Made by a program: the position numbers and the translations under genes. Positions 1-12,500 of a stretch of 60,000 nt of DNA are shown in pieces. Each line of letters starts with the position of its first letter. Position 1 is the stretch's first letter. The notes under the pieces are model-generated. The model had not been told where the DNA came from. It searched no databases and saw only the letters and a program-made list of their open reading frames with translations. Source of the DNA: Amphiscolops sp. MND2022 (Eukaryota); the NCBI GenBank assembly GCA_964187785.1, contig OZ076409.1, forward strand, positions 56,236,001-56,296,000, written 5' to 3'.

Positions 1-40
1 GTATCAAAAGCAAATCTGTGAGTTAGAAGGCATTTTGACT

Positions 41-120
41 GTCACTTGGTCGAGTGGTTAACCCGGATTTTCCGACGTCTAAAAACCGGAGAGCGCGGGT
101 TCGTGTCGCACACTGAACCA
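41..120 (+). repeat. tRNA-derived SINE-like head (Pol III A/B boxes)
   Basis: TGGTCGAGTGG (A-box-like, ~47-57) and GGTTCGTGTC (B-box-like, ~97-106). No convincing cloverleaf. Confidence 0.35.
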
Positions 121-974
121 AAGACAGTTCAAAGCTTGCAAACGTAAGGGGAGGCCCAAGGCACACTCTTTGTGTTCATCTCGGCACAATGCAACTTTTT
201 AATGTAGTTTTTGAACCAACGTGGCCATCATTTAGATTTTTTTGCAGAAACAAAACGTTCGGAGTGCATAGAAGATCACGATATAGTTTTTGGACACAAT
301 GCGTTTTACTGGAAATGAAACAAATTCTAGAAACAGTTTTATTCTTGGATTTGAAAAACAGTTTCGCAATATCTCTGTGAAAAGCCACACTTCCTTGGAA
401 AAATTTGAGCGTATTTCGGCTTTGTGCTGCGGTTTTTCGGAAAACATCCAGGTGGTCGAAGGATACCCTCTTCGGATTGGTCATCGTTTTGGGCGTGAAA
501 AATGCTTGTTGCGAGCATAAAACTCCTTTTTCGGATCTTCTAGACATTTCTAAAAAATTGAACTTCACAAAAAAAATTGATTCTCATGGTTTCGTTGATG
601 TTTGCAGTTGAAAAGAAGCGAATTTCGAGTTTTATGTGTATCCCTTCGGATGTTTTCTGGCACTGTTAGTTCGATGAAATATTTGAATGAACATGACTTT
701 TTTCTTCCTTGTATGGGGCATCGACTTGGGACGCTCTCGGCTTGTTGGAAAAGTTCAAAAATCGAGCCTTTTGCTTTTCGGGCACAAAATCTCATGTCAC
801 TGTATTTCTCGTTTTTCATGTTTCGTTGGGTAGCAAATTAGATATTTCTAGCCCGTAGTTTTTATAATGAGGTTGACAAGTGCGTGTGTGTAGCCAGTGT
901 TACGCCGCCTTTTTGTGACGGTTTATTCTAACGGACTTCGTAGAAAAACAGAAATCCCTTTTTAATTTTCCTGG

Positions 975-1295
975 TGTTGTTCTGTAAGTTGTAAATTAGA
1001 ATCAATCTAATTTGTTGCGATTTATATATCAGAATCAATCTAATTTGTTGAATGTTTAAATTAGAATCAATCTAAGTTGTTGAAAAGTGAGAGAGCATGT
1101 TAAAGTTTTAGACTGGGTTTTACTAAAGTGACAGAAAATTGTGGGAAGTGAGAACAAAAAATGAACAAATTACGTTAGCAATGACGTATACAAATTTACA
1201 TGTGAGTGTTAGTTAGCAACACTAGTTTGAAATAAATGCATAGAAAATTTCACAATTTGATTTCATCTTCTGCTTGATTTAGTTGTGCTTCAACA
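975..1295 (-). repeat. 3' LTR of Bel-Pao element A
   Basis: TGTTG...CAACA termini. Internal TTAGAATCAATCTAA repeats are shared with 24123-24476. Confidence 0.9.
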
Positions 1296-2962
1296 ATCCG
1301 CCCGCCTTTAAGGATCTGTAGATTGTTTAATGATTTCAGACTGTGCAATGAATCCAGCTGAAACAGTTGACGCGGCTGGAGAGGTTAGTATCGGCCAGGA
1401 GGTGCAGTAACAGGAGGTTAGTAACAGTCCCAGAAGAGAGTCGCGTTGAAGAGGTGTTCGCTGAAGTTGAACAGCGTGGAGGACTGGCGTGGCGATAGAG
1501 GAGAATTCTTCCGCTGTTGGTGGTCTCCATCTTCAGCAATGGGATCAATTTTCCAACTGTCCCCACGGTGGTTCGAGGCGCTGCAGCAGACAGTCTCTGT
1601 GATTTGGCTCCCAGAGTCAAGTCACTTTGGAATGAGGGTGCTTGTGCGTTCTCGGACTTTTTGCAGTCAGCAGGTGCCACTGTTACAAGTCGCAGCAAAG
1701 GAAGGGCAACCGGGGTTTTGAAGGCAGCAGAACGTGCTCATTTGTGTTGCCTGACTCATGGTCAATTGTCTTGCTACCGACTACATCAAAGTCGGTTCCA
1801 AAGCTCTTTTAGCAGCGAAGGGGCCTCAGGTGGCATGTGGACACATCGAACCTGCTGGGAGAGAGAGTATTGCCAAGCTATCGTCCGGCCGCAAGCTGTG
1901 GATCATAGCTACCAATATTGGCTCTTCCAAATTCCTTATGTCCATTCAAAGCTTTGATAAGTTTTATCAGCTCTTGATGGGTGCAAAATCAAAACGTTCG
2001 AAAACGCATAAGCAGGACAAGAGAGACACTCGTGGGGTGCGGTTTCACTCAGCTGAAGAAGGTGACGTGTTAATTCAGCCTGCATGCTATGCGCACTCTG
2101 ACCTAACAGGTCGAGCTTTTGCTGCTGATGGCTCCACTCGATGCGCACTTGTACATGAATGGGAAGGACTGGATATGCGCGACACTAGGCGAGCCACTGT
2201 TGTTTTTACCAGTTTCAGTACGGGTTGCGGAAGAGGTTATATCTCACAGTGGTTGAGGAGGTTTCTTGAAATTAAAAAATCCCGCTGAAGGAAGTTGTAG
2301 CCAACACTCCTGGGCGTCCATTGGAGCACCTATACAGCTGGAAGACGTTTCAATGTTATGCGGGACCGAAAAAAACTTCGATAGTTTCAGAATTCAAAAG
2401 CAGGTGTAATACACATAAAATTGAGATAACTTCACAGTTGTATTCAATAATTCCGCTCCATAGAATTTCTGCAGGGGGCTTTCAGGAAGCTTTTGAGCGT
2501 AATACTAGCATCTGTAAGTACATGGTCTTGATTCGCGACCGAAAAAAACACAGGTGATATATGCCAAATTTCGTTAAAATACGAACTTTGTCTGATTAGG
2601 AATGAATTTTTTGAATCGAATTGGTAAGTGGCTGTTTATTGCATTTTATAGAAAAACTGATAGTTCTAGGAAGTAAGAAAGGACCAGAAAAGACCAGACG
2701 TAAACAGCCGATATGAAATGAAGTGAATAATTGCCAATTCTAGGGTAAAAATACTGGGGTGAACCCAAAATCAAATGGCCATAACTTTAAATATAAGTCG
2801 AAATCGAAATTTTGGCTCCCTAGACCCTTTCACGGAGTTGACAGGGCGTCATTAACAGAGATTCGAATATCTGCATAATGTACCAACAAAATTTGGGACC
2901 GAAAATGTCTGGTCTGACTAACAAGCCCCAAATTTGCGCTGATGTTTTTTGATTCTTTAAAA

Positions 2963-5900
2963 CTAGAGTTGTTGTGTCTCAGGGCCTGATATAGCTTGCG
3001 AGATATCTATAGAGAGTTTTCTAAGCTTGATTACTTCTCGGATCATGGTTCCATTGATTGATTTGACTCTTCCAACACGATTTATCTCATCATTACCAGA
3101 GTGAAGATCTACTACACGAGCCATTTTCCGGTGCAAAGGAGGCTGATTGTCTTCAGCAATCAAAACTAAGTCACCTATTGCCAATTCTTGACCGCTTGTG
3201 AGCGAGCCATCTTTTTTGGGTTTGTAGCGTAGCCAAGTAATCTTGATGCCAAGACTTCCAAAATGAGGATTCCAATTACTCCAAAAACTTTAATCTGACA
3301 TTGATATGTAAGTTTTCATCACTTTCACTTGCGTTCAGTGGAGGTAAATCGTCCCTACCTCGTCCCAGAATGAAGTGAGCTGGAATGAGCAACTGCAAAT
3401 TATTGGGCTCAGCGGACATTGCACTGAGAATTCCTTCCATTTGTATAACGAAAGAGTTCAATTCATCATGAGTCAAGATTTGCGTACCCTCACAACGCCC
3501 TAAGTGACGTTTCAATGACTTGATAGCAGCTTCCCAGAGTCCACCGATGCGCGGAGCTCTAAGTGGAATAGTATTCCATTCAATTCCACGACTATTAATG
3601 TAATTTTTCATTGAGTTTTCATTTTTGTCTTTACTGAAGAGACTTTGAACTCTCGCAATATCATTTCTGGCTCCAATAAAATTGGTACCATTGTCACTGA
3701 AGGTCTTTCCTGGTAGTCCACGCCTTGCAACGAATCGTTTCAAAGCTGCAAGAATCTTTGGTCAAATCAGTGACTAATTCAATGTGAACAGCCTTTCTGG
3801 AAAAACAGACGAAAACTGCAATCCATGTGTTGTTGTCTAGCTGAGAGATAATAGGTCCTGCCAATTCAATCCCAACATTAACGAAAGTTTAGTAGGCGTA
3901 AATTTCTCGGAAGGTGAGTCAGGCATAATTTGAGCTGAAATTTCACTGGATAATCGACTGCATTTGACACGTTTCCGGATAAATTTGTTCACAACAGTTT
4001 TACCTCGAACTATTCAGTATTCTGATCTGCTGGAGTTGAGCGTTAGCTGCCCCCCGCCATGAAGGGTAGCATCATGAAAATGTTGTGAAATCACTACTGG
4101 GAGATGAGAGTCAGGGTGGATGAGATGAGGAAATTTTCGATACTCGGCAAGTTAACTTTGTGATAATCTACCGAAAACGCAGATTGTGCCAGTATGTCCA
4201 TCATAGAAAGAACATGAGTTGAGAGGCTGGTGTTTTCTGCTTACTTCCTGCCCAGCTTCCAAACGATTTTCTGTGAAGAACTCTTGTTTTTGAAATGAAA
4301 AGATGAGATACTTCGCTTTTGCGAGTCTTGAGGGACTGAGACTCATATGAGTATTGACCTTTTGAAGTAAGTCAATGTCTAGATGCACGTTTGCTGCTAC
4401 ACGAAAGACTTTCCCAAGAGTGCTGTATCGTTTAATGTCAAATGGAGGTTCCACGACGTGAGAGGCAATGACTGTAGTAGTGTTGGATTTCTGCTTTTGT
4501 TCTGTTTGAAAATTTTTTCGCATTTCATCATCGATCTTTGAAGATATTTGAGGCCAAGTAGCATGTGCAATAGCCAATTAGGACCGAACCACCAGAGACC
4601 ATGCTTGAGCAAGTCTTGGACTATCTATCCTCTTGATGCACAGTCTGTCGGGTTCAAACTGGAGGAAGAGTTTGCTGAATTTCGGACACTCTATTGGCGA
4701 CGAAACTGGTCCATATTCGTGGTAGCTGCGAAAACCAATGGAGAACTATCGTGGAATTAGTCCATCCGTAGATAGTTGGACTAGTCAGATTGACCTTGAC
4801 AAGTAGCTTGATTCCAAGATGGGCCGCAAAAAGTTCCAATCGAGGCAAAGACACTCTTTTGATGGGTGCAACCCGTGTCTTGTTTGCGACGAGTTTCGAG
4901 ACAATATGCCCGTCAACATCTGTTCTCCGTGCGTAGATAACAGCGGCATATGCCATTTCAGAGGCATCTGTAACCAAAAGAAGTTGAACATTGGCAATTT
5001 TCCCTTGAAGTGAAATACATCGCTGTAGCTTCGGTTCTGACAAATAGGGAAGTCATCTTCTATATATTCCCATTATTCCTGAATTTCTGTAGAAACTAGT
5101 TGGTCCCATTCATTACCTTGTGCCCAGAGTTTTTGAAGTAAGACCTTGACTCTGATTACAATGGGAGAATGCCAACCAACAGGATCAAAATGCTTAGCTG
5201 TTTCTGAGAGTAACTGTCGTTTTGTCACGTTTCCTTGAACTGTCAAGTTTGATTAGAAACCGAAGTGATCTGAGATGGGTTTCCCAGACACACCCAGCGT
5301 TTTTAATATTTTGTAGTTGTTATTCACGAATTTTCATTTGTTTATACTTTTCCGTAAAGGACAATGTGATTTCACGATGACTAGACGCCCATTTCCGTAG
5401 CTCAAATCCATAATTGTTAAGAACTGCGCAAATGTCATTTACTTTCGTTTTGGCATCTTCAACTGATTCAGCACCAGATAAGTAGTCATCAACGTAGAAA
5501 TAATTTTTTATTGATTGAGCAAGTGCTTGGTCTTTACACAGATGGGCGACTTCTACCAGGACTTTATATCACTTCGAATTGAATGAAATCCCGAGGAAGC
5601 AATTCCATAAGTAACACGAGTCATTCGAAACTGCTTGATGAAGTCTGTGTTTGAATCTCGCCATAAAAGTCTGCGCAAATCTTTTACAGCTGGATCTAAT
5701 GCAAAATGTTGGTACATTTTTGCGATATCTCCGTTAGAGCAACCTTATGCAACCGAAAGCGAACAAGAATTGAGAACAAATCTTGTTGTACTGTTGGTCC
5801 TATCATGAGAGAACCATTGAGTGAATTGCCATTACTGGATTTGGCAGATCCATCTAATACCACACGGAACTTTGTGGTAGATGAATCCTCCTTGTGAACA

Positions 5901-6137
5901 CAATGATGCGGCAAGAAGTTCAATTGATGATCAGGTTTTGCAATTTCATTGTCATGTACAGGTTCCAGATGATTGAGATCATTGAATTCGTGAATGAAAT
6001 CTGTGTATCGTTTTTTAAGAATAGGGTTTAAATCCAGACGCTTTTCAAGATTTAGAAAACGACGTTTCGCTTGAGTAAAAGTATCTCCCAATGGTGATTT
6101 GTCAGGTTTGAAAGGTATACCAACATGAAATCTTTTA
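2963..6137 (-). pseudogene. pol: Bel-Pao pol remnant (RT, Pao RNase H, integrase, C-terminal DUF5641-like region), many frameshifts and stops
   Basis: FLPHHCVHKEDSSTTKFRVVLDGS; FYVDDYL (~5480-5500); TDASEMAYAAVIY; SLPRLEL; SDNGTNF...GGLWEAAIKSLK; GDLVLIAED. Confidence 0.9.
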
Positions 6138-6728
6138 TCTTCTGTCATGAACGTGACGGGCAGATTGTCCACCCGATCGGTATCCATCATGTTGTTCATT
6201 TCTACAGTCGGCCTTAGCACTTGGAATTCGCTGTTCCTCGGCATTTGCTTCCGGTCTCTCGACTGGGACTTCCCATCCCCCTCTGGTCTCTCGGCCTGAT
6301 CCGGCCATTATGACATTCTGTATTTGAGGCAATACTTGACTACTAATAGCTTCATTAATGGCCCTTTGGATCAGCGTATCAACATTACTCATCATTTCAT
6401 CCATCTCACGGGATATCCTAGAGTTCAATTCGCTAGACAACCTATTTATCTCAGCTAGTGAGTTTGCTTCAGCCGAGTTTTGGCCAAGATCGGCACTTGT
6501 CCTAGGTTCATCATTTCTACAATTTGAAAACATGCTTTCGCCCTCGTTGTCTAAGTTATTACTCATGATACTTTCTCTCCTTCTAACGGAGTTACTTTCT
6601 AAACTCCTTTCTCTTTCAGTTCCCTTGTAACGATCGCCTCCTAACATTATATCTAAATTTTCGATATCAGAAAGGATCTCTAGTCCTCTGGACTTTCTAG
6701 CCTTCTTTTGTTTTCTTGTAGTAGGCAT
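6135..6728 (-). other. LTR-borne duplicate of the gag N-terminus (~195 aa), stopping in flanking DNA
   Basis: MPTTRKQKKARKSRG... matches the first ~195 aa of the ORF at 19462-20997 except for two substitutions. Confidence 0.9.
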
Positions 6729-7870
6729 AAGGAAAACTTCGAGTATAAAATTGAATTAGATTATATCTCGAAAATAACAGTGAAACCGTTTGTACTAATA
6801 TGATAGTCTTTTTCAGAAGAGAGCAAATTAAGAAGTGTCTCCTCTCTCAAAGGCACGGGTATTTATACCCCTGAAAGGGTGACACTCTCATTCTTTACAT
6901 TCCTTGACTAAGACAATATCATATGACTGCATTTTTGATGGTCACGGGATGAACGCTATCCATTCCAAATATTATACATCAAAGGAACAATCATTCAACC
7001 GTTAGCATCGTTTACATATTTGGCGAAATATTTTCATTGAACAGGTATTTGTTGATGTAAGTGCACATACTTTAGCACGTGGCAGCACAACAAATATGTT
7101 TAGTCTAAATACCTTTCACGGGTACAATGGCAAAAGGCCTAATAAGGCAACAATATCAAATTTCATGCAACAGCTATTTTAGAACAAATTGGATAACTAT
7201 TTGTTAATGGTACAACAGAACATCAATTAACACTTCAGATTGGTATTTCATGATCAACAAAGCTAACTATTAACTAAATATCATTACATGAAATTAGCAT
7301 CAATCATAAGTGCTTTGTTTATGGCGGACTGAATAGCCGGATTAGGCCGGTTGCCTGAACGGCATTAATAGCACTTTCGTTCGGTTTGTACAAAGGCCGT
7401 AATTGGCAAAAGAGAATAAAGCACACGAAAATGAAGGCCTCTGATTGGCTAATTGGGTGAGCGCAAGCGGCGTTGGCAAGAAAGTACAGGAGTCCATTTG
7501 AACTCGTTTCCGTACTTTCTCTTAGTTGCTTGCTATAATCTTTGATTATTACTACATTGCATTGATAATACAACAATACAGCACAATCTATGTTAACAGA
7601 CTAATATACAGTTAACATTCAAGACTAAGGTTGATCATAAGTAATCAACAAGTGCGATAATTCTAAGTTTTGGTAACAAGGGAATACGTCCCAGTACGGC
7701 CCTTTTTGGCTATTTTCTAAAATAATATGGCAACAAAATACATAAGCAACGTAAAAGTTTAAGAGAAAGTTTTAGTTTACTTTAATAGATAGGGAGGGTT
7801 CCTGGGGCCACATCCTGGCCAACAGCTGTTGTTGTAATCCTTGTGCCGTCACAGGCGGCAGCCTGCGACA
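6143..7870 (-). repeat. 3' LTR of Gypsy element B (1728 bp)
   Basis: Near-identical to 20412-22139. I noticed only four substitutions by eye (~6166, ~6533, ~7797, ~7813). Confidence 0.97.
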
Positions 7871-8552
7871 CAGCGGGTGCAATGAAAAGAAGACTGCCTG
7901 CATTAAGACCATTGATGTAGGCTTCTTTCCTGAGAGCCGTGATGTAAGCGGGTTCGCTCCTTGGAGTTGAGACTTCCATATATCTGTTTATCTTTATGGA
8001 TTTTATTTCGTCCACAGATTTTCCACAAACCATACAGCTTGTGCACCTTTGGGAGCTGATATCAGTGTAAGGCAACGCATTTTGTATGTGGAAAGAAGCA
8101 TGGAATCCACTACTTTCGGGTTGTATCACCGGCGTATCCATAGACGGCCCTCTCTCATGAGCGGGGGGCGAAAGCGGCGACTCTAACACAGGCAAAATCG
8201 TCTTGCATAATTCTATTCTCCTCTTCGTGTTGCCTCTAGACGGAGCATAGCATAGTTCCTCGTCGAAGTAGGTTTTGTCCAGTTTCGGTGTAGTTTGCGC
8301 GTCTGAAGGCACAAAGCTAGGACCAGGTTCGTCGCTCGCCGTCGTCATCCTTCTGCCGGCTATGGTAATTGGCTCAGCCTGGACTTGAGTTTCAATCCTC
8401 CTCACCATCTCTTCTGTGTCCGTAGACCAGTCTGAGTCCCATCCGTCAGAGGTTTCTTCATCACTGCTGATGTAGATTACAGAGTCTCTCGATGAGTCAG
8501 AGCTGAATTCCAAAGAACCAAAGAGTTTTCTCGCTTTATTGAATCTTTCCAT
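7782..8552 (-). CDS. Accessory ORF of element B, 256 aa, unknown function (acidic/Ser-rich N-terminus, CxxCxxC motif); ends inside the 3' LTR
   Basis: Intact ATG-to-stop ORF containing CTSCMVCGKS. The last ~29 codons lie within the LTR. The junction peptide resembles the one at element D's 3' LTR border. Confidence 0.7.
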   Translation of the reverse strand: MERFNKARKLFGSLEFSSDSSRDSVIYISSDEETSDGWDSDWSTDTEEMVRRIETQVQAEPITIAGRRMTTASDEPGPSFVPSDAQTTPKLDKTYFDEELCYAPSRGNTKRRIELCKTILPVLESPLSPPAHERGPSMDTPVIQPESSGFHASFHIQNALPYTDISSQRCTSCMVCGKSVDEIKSIKINRYMEVSTPRSEPAYITALRKEAYINGLNAGSLLFIAPAVSQAAACDGTRITTTAVGQDVAPGTLPIY

Positions 8553-9595
8553 TATTAGTTTTTTCGCAATTTTGGGGATTTGCTAGTCAACTTGTCGTGA
8601 GCGAGTTTGAAATCAGAATGAGCTTGTTGCCTCCTCAAATTCCGAGTTAGGCCTTTTCCCGAAGTTTCCAATTTAGCGGGAGAATCTCAGGTTGATTGCC
8701 CCGATTCTTCGTAAACATTCCTGAAAGAAATTCCTAAACGGGGTTGGCGGCCCCGATTAAGTAGGTGTTTGCCCTTCATACGAGCCATCATCAAAGTGGG
8801 TGTAAGCAGCACTTAATTTGTTGATATCAAATATCTTTTCTTTAAGTGGGTAATTAACGGCTTGCTTCGGATCAATTAATAACACGCGCCGCTAAATTCT
8901 TTCAACATGGCTTCAGCCAATCAGAGTTAAGCTCTGATAAAATGAAAAATTAAATAATAAAATGGCGAAAATAAAAAATCTGAATAATTCAAAATGGCGG
9001 ATTTTTAACTAGCGGTAACTGAGTTAACTGAACTAAATAATAAAGTGCAACAGGTCAAACGGCCGGAATCGGCAACTAACTAAGTAAGCTGTAAATAACA
9101 AAGTTCTTTGTACATTTCGCTGGCAGACTCCATGTACATAATAAATATGTAAATAACTAAATAATATTAGTCTGATAAACTTCCTTCAGCCACGAACTCC
9201 AACTTCTAATTCCATTAACCCATTTTAATTCCAATTCAATTCCAATTATTTTACTTTGTCTTCTTCGTCTGATATCCATTACCGGACAATTTTCTCCACT
9301 CTTCTTAATCTCTTCAACAGCGTCCTTCTTCCTCTTTGAAGTATTCCCGAGACCTGTCCTTGGTCCGAGTTCGGCCAGATTCCACACCTTCTGAGCTTGA
9401 TTGGTTCGACAGTAAAAGGCAAAGCAGGACGGAATGTCTTCAGTTGAAGGTTGGTTTGCTTTGGTTTTGAACTTAATTTACTTGATCAGGGCTAAATTTG
9501 TTCACAAGATGCTTCCTGTATCCATCAGTAAACACGTGATAACACGTTTTGTTCAATTTTTCAAAGTACTTCCGGAAGTTTTCTAATGCGGTAGA
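8553..9595. promoter_or_regulatory. Candidate internal bidirectional promoter between the divergent accessory genes
   Basis: Head-to-head ORF starts. AGCCAATCAG (~8916), TGATTGGTT (~9399) and two AAAATGGCG (YY1-like) motifs (~8959, ~8991). Confidence 0.4.
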
Positions 9596-12500
9596 ATGGA
9601 TTTCTTTCAAGGAAGCTTACCGCCAAATTTCATCTCCTTCTGTTTAGAACAACAGAACGTCGACGAACCACAAATTCAAAGCATTTCCACAACTGGTAAT
9701 TCCACTGCGCTTCCTCAACGTCCTTTACCCATCTCAATGCCCAGCAGTACGCCTTCTCCACCTCCGTTTCCCCCAATAAGAACATTCCTCGGCCAAGCGC
9801 AACAGTTGACTGCTGACTCTCCCTTTAGCAATGAAAGTAACGTTGATGTCACAGCGTATGCAGACGAGATGGTCCAACGTATGGAAGTCTCACAGGGGTT
9901 GACTGACACAAATCCTGCCGGCCCTAGGGAAGAAGAGCCGTCTCCGGCACAAGGCCCAGTTGTCCCAGACGTGGGTCACGTCCTTATTCAAGTGAGAACT
10001 AGCACCCCAACACCCTCAGAGCAGCCTGGAACAGAAGTTACCAGCATTTCACAACTTGAGTCCTCACTGTCAGTAGCGCCGCAGTCGCAGTCTGGTTTCC
10101 CTGAGCTGCAACTTGCCCAGAATCGTAGTCACGATACATCTGCAGTTTCTTTCCTGCAGTCAGATGATGAAGCCTCATCTTCTGTCCATGAGCCTCCTCC
10201 ACTCCCCGGCGGAACAGGACATTTCACCGCTCCAGGGGACCACAATGACACCACCCAGGCTGTTGATACTACCAGTCAGTCTGAAATTCCCCTCTTGTAC
10301 GCGAGCATCCCTTTCGGAACGGGGTCAACATCAGAGGCTCAAGAAGATTCAGGATCGGAAATACACGATCCAGGACCACCAGGGACTTCTCGGTTTAATC
10401 CTCAGCCACAAGAAGAAGTTCTGCGAGATTTGTCAGGACGCAGCAGAGCCACTCTCAAACAGTATTTTGAGGCCGAAGACCCTTACACGTTCCCGGTTGG
10501 ACAGAGGTTTGTAGCCTTCACAGAGCCGCAGGTCTATCACCTGCTTCGGGTTCTCACTGACGAGGCCATCAATATGACTTGTATCACCATGGAGAGAATG
10601 GTAATTGGAGCAGTAAAAGGAACTCCCGTGACTGCCCCTTCACGGACTGAGAAGTTCCGGACGCGAACCCGAGCTCCTTCCCCAGGATCCAATCGCCAAG
10701 CTGGGTCCAGCTCCGACGAGCTTTCTGTCGATCTTGGTTCTCAGCCCAGTCCACAACTTGACCTGAGCACACTCCAGGATGTCAGTGGTCTCTCCTATCT
10801 CGAAGATAGTGACAGTTCCATGGAAAGGCTCTTGATTGACAGAGTTTATAATAAACCTGCTCCTGAAAATCTCTCTACAGCCTCACAACCAGGGCTGTCA
10901 CACAACACGACTGAGGGAGAGACTGAATTCCAGGAGAAGAGCAGCCTGGACTGTACTTTGTCTGAGCTTCGCGGTCAATCTCCTACCCAGAAGTCCCGTC
11001 AGGCAGTTGTCTCAGCCAGGAAAAGCAAGAGCAAGAGGATGCCAAGGCGGGGTGTGCCTATGCGTGAGGAGTTCTTCTCCAAGATAGCATGGACAAGATC
11101 CTTCATTTCTGGCCCAGCAGACCCGCTACATAACCCTTACATGGTGTGGTGCCACATGTGCAAGAAAAATTTTAGCATAAAGACTAAAGGCACTGTGGAA
11201 ATCTTGCGTCACCACAGGACTGAGAAACACCTTCGCCGAGACCAGAGGTGGCGGTTCGAGCACCTCAAGACAGTTGATGACGTGACAGGGAAAGTCCAGC
11301 ACAGAGTTCGAGGAAGGGATGGCAAAGTCCTCAATAAATCCGACCTTGCGCAAGAGCTTCCCAAATTCATCCACACAGAACTTGTTGACGTTGGCGAGAG
11401 ACATCCTTTTTACGAGGATTACTTGAAAGGACACTCTTCGGCTCCTGTAACACCTCAATCGCGATTGCAGGCCCAGATTTGCCTCTTGGGAGATTTCGTC
11501 CAGGACTCAGGCAACATAGCTATCCTCCGCAGGTTGTGGGCTAGAGCAGGGAGCTATACTGGATTCCAATCAGTCTTCCATGATTTTGACTGGAGCGAAG
11601 ACCACATCATGGTAAGTTCACTCGTTTGTTTCATCATAGAACCATTCGTAGCGTAAGGGTAGCTTGTAATGGTAAAGCCGTATGGTCATCCGAGTTTCGT
11701 TCCGTTTCAGGCCATTTTCCAACACGTCTTCAACTGCATGATGGAAGACGTGGCAGAGCAAGTCATCGCTTCCCAACACTATGGGATTGAGTTCGAGAAG
11801 AGAGGGGCCAATCGCTTGATGTATATCCGATTTTGGAAGGGTGCAAAGCTTTGTCGCATCTTCGTCTGTCGAAGTGGACTTTCTGGCGTCGGGCTCACTG
11901 AGGAGATGGGCTCCCTATCACGATTGTTGTCTGCCATTTCTACCGCTCCCGATGTGGTCGCGATATCTGGATGTGCCGTTGACCTGATAAGGACAGTGGA
12001 CCAGCATCCCTCTTACCCACGTGGGATCCAAAGTTGCTTCCGGTTTGAGTCGCTCGACTTGAGGACCTTGATGCACAAGGTAAACTACAGCGTCTTCGGG
12101 CACATAGACATGTTCTCTGTCCTTCAATGTCTTCTGGTCTCGCTTGGAGGTTGCTTATCTGAGGACTGGGTCACCGATTCGACTGAACTTGTCCGAGTAA
12201 GTCTATTTTGCAAATTTGTTCTGCATAATATTGGTGAAGGGCGGAGGTAGTCACTGACAGTTAGGGCTCCCATTTTTAAATCGTTTTGTTTAGGCTATCA
12301 CAACTTGCACACTGGAAATAACCAAAATACCTGATTTGTGCCGCGATCTGTTGAAGAAGTGGAAGTCGATCCTGCGCTACTTCACTGTGCATTCACGCCG
12401 ACAAGAGAATCAAGGGGTCCATAACAAGGTTGTAATTCACAAAATCATCTGTCCTTTTAGACAGAGTTCTAGTGAACGTTCCTTTTCATAAGCATAGGCA

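Noticed and set aside
41..120. Functional tRNA gene
   Set aside because: A/B-box-like motifs are present, but there is no consistent acceptor stem or anticodon arm.
5696..6244. 182-aa ORF as a real gene
   Set aside because: Chimeric frame running from the Gypsy LTR end into Bel-Pao RT sequence across the insertion junction.
6143..7870. Segmental duplication or assembly artefact explaining the repeated gag N-terminus
   Set aside because: The repeat has TG...CA ends, an adjacent PBS and a perfect 5-bp TSD, so it is an LTR pair.
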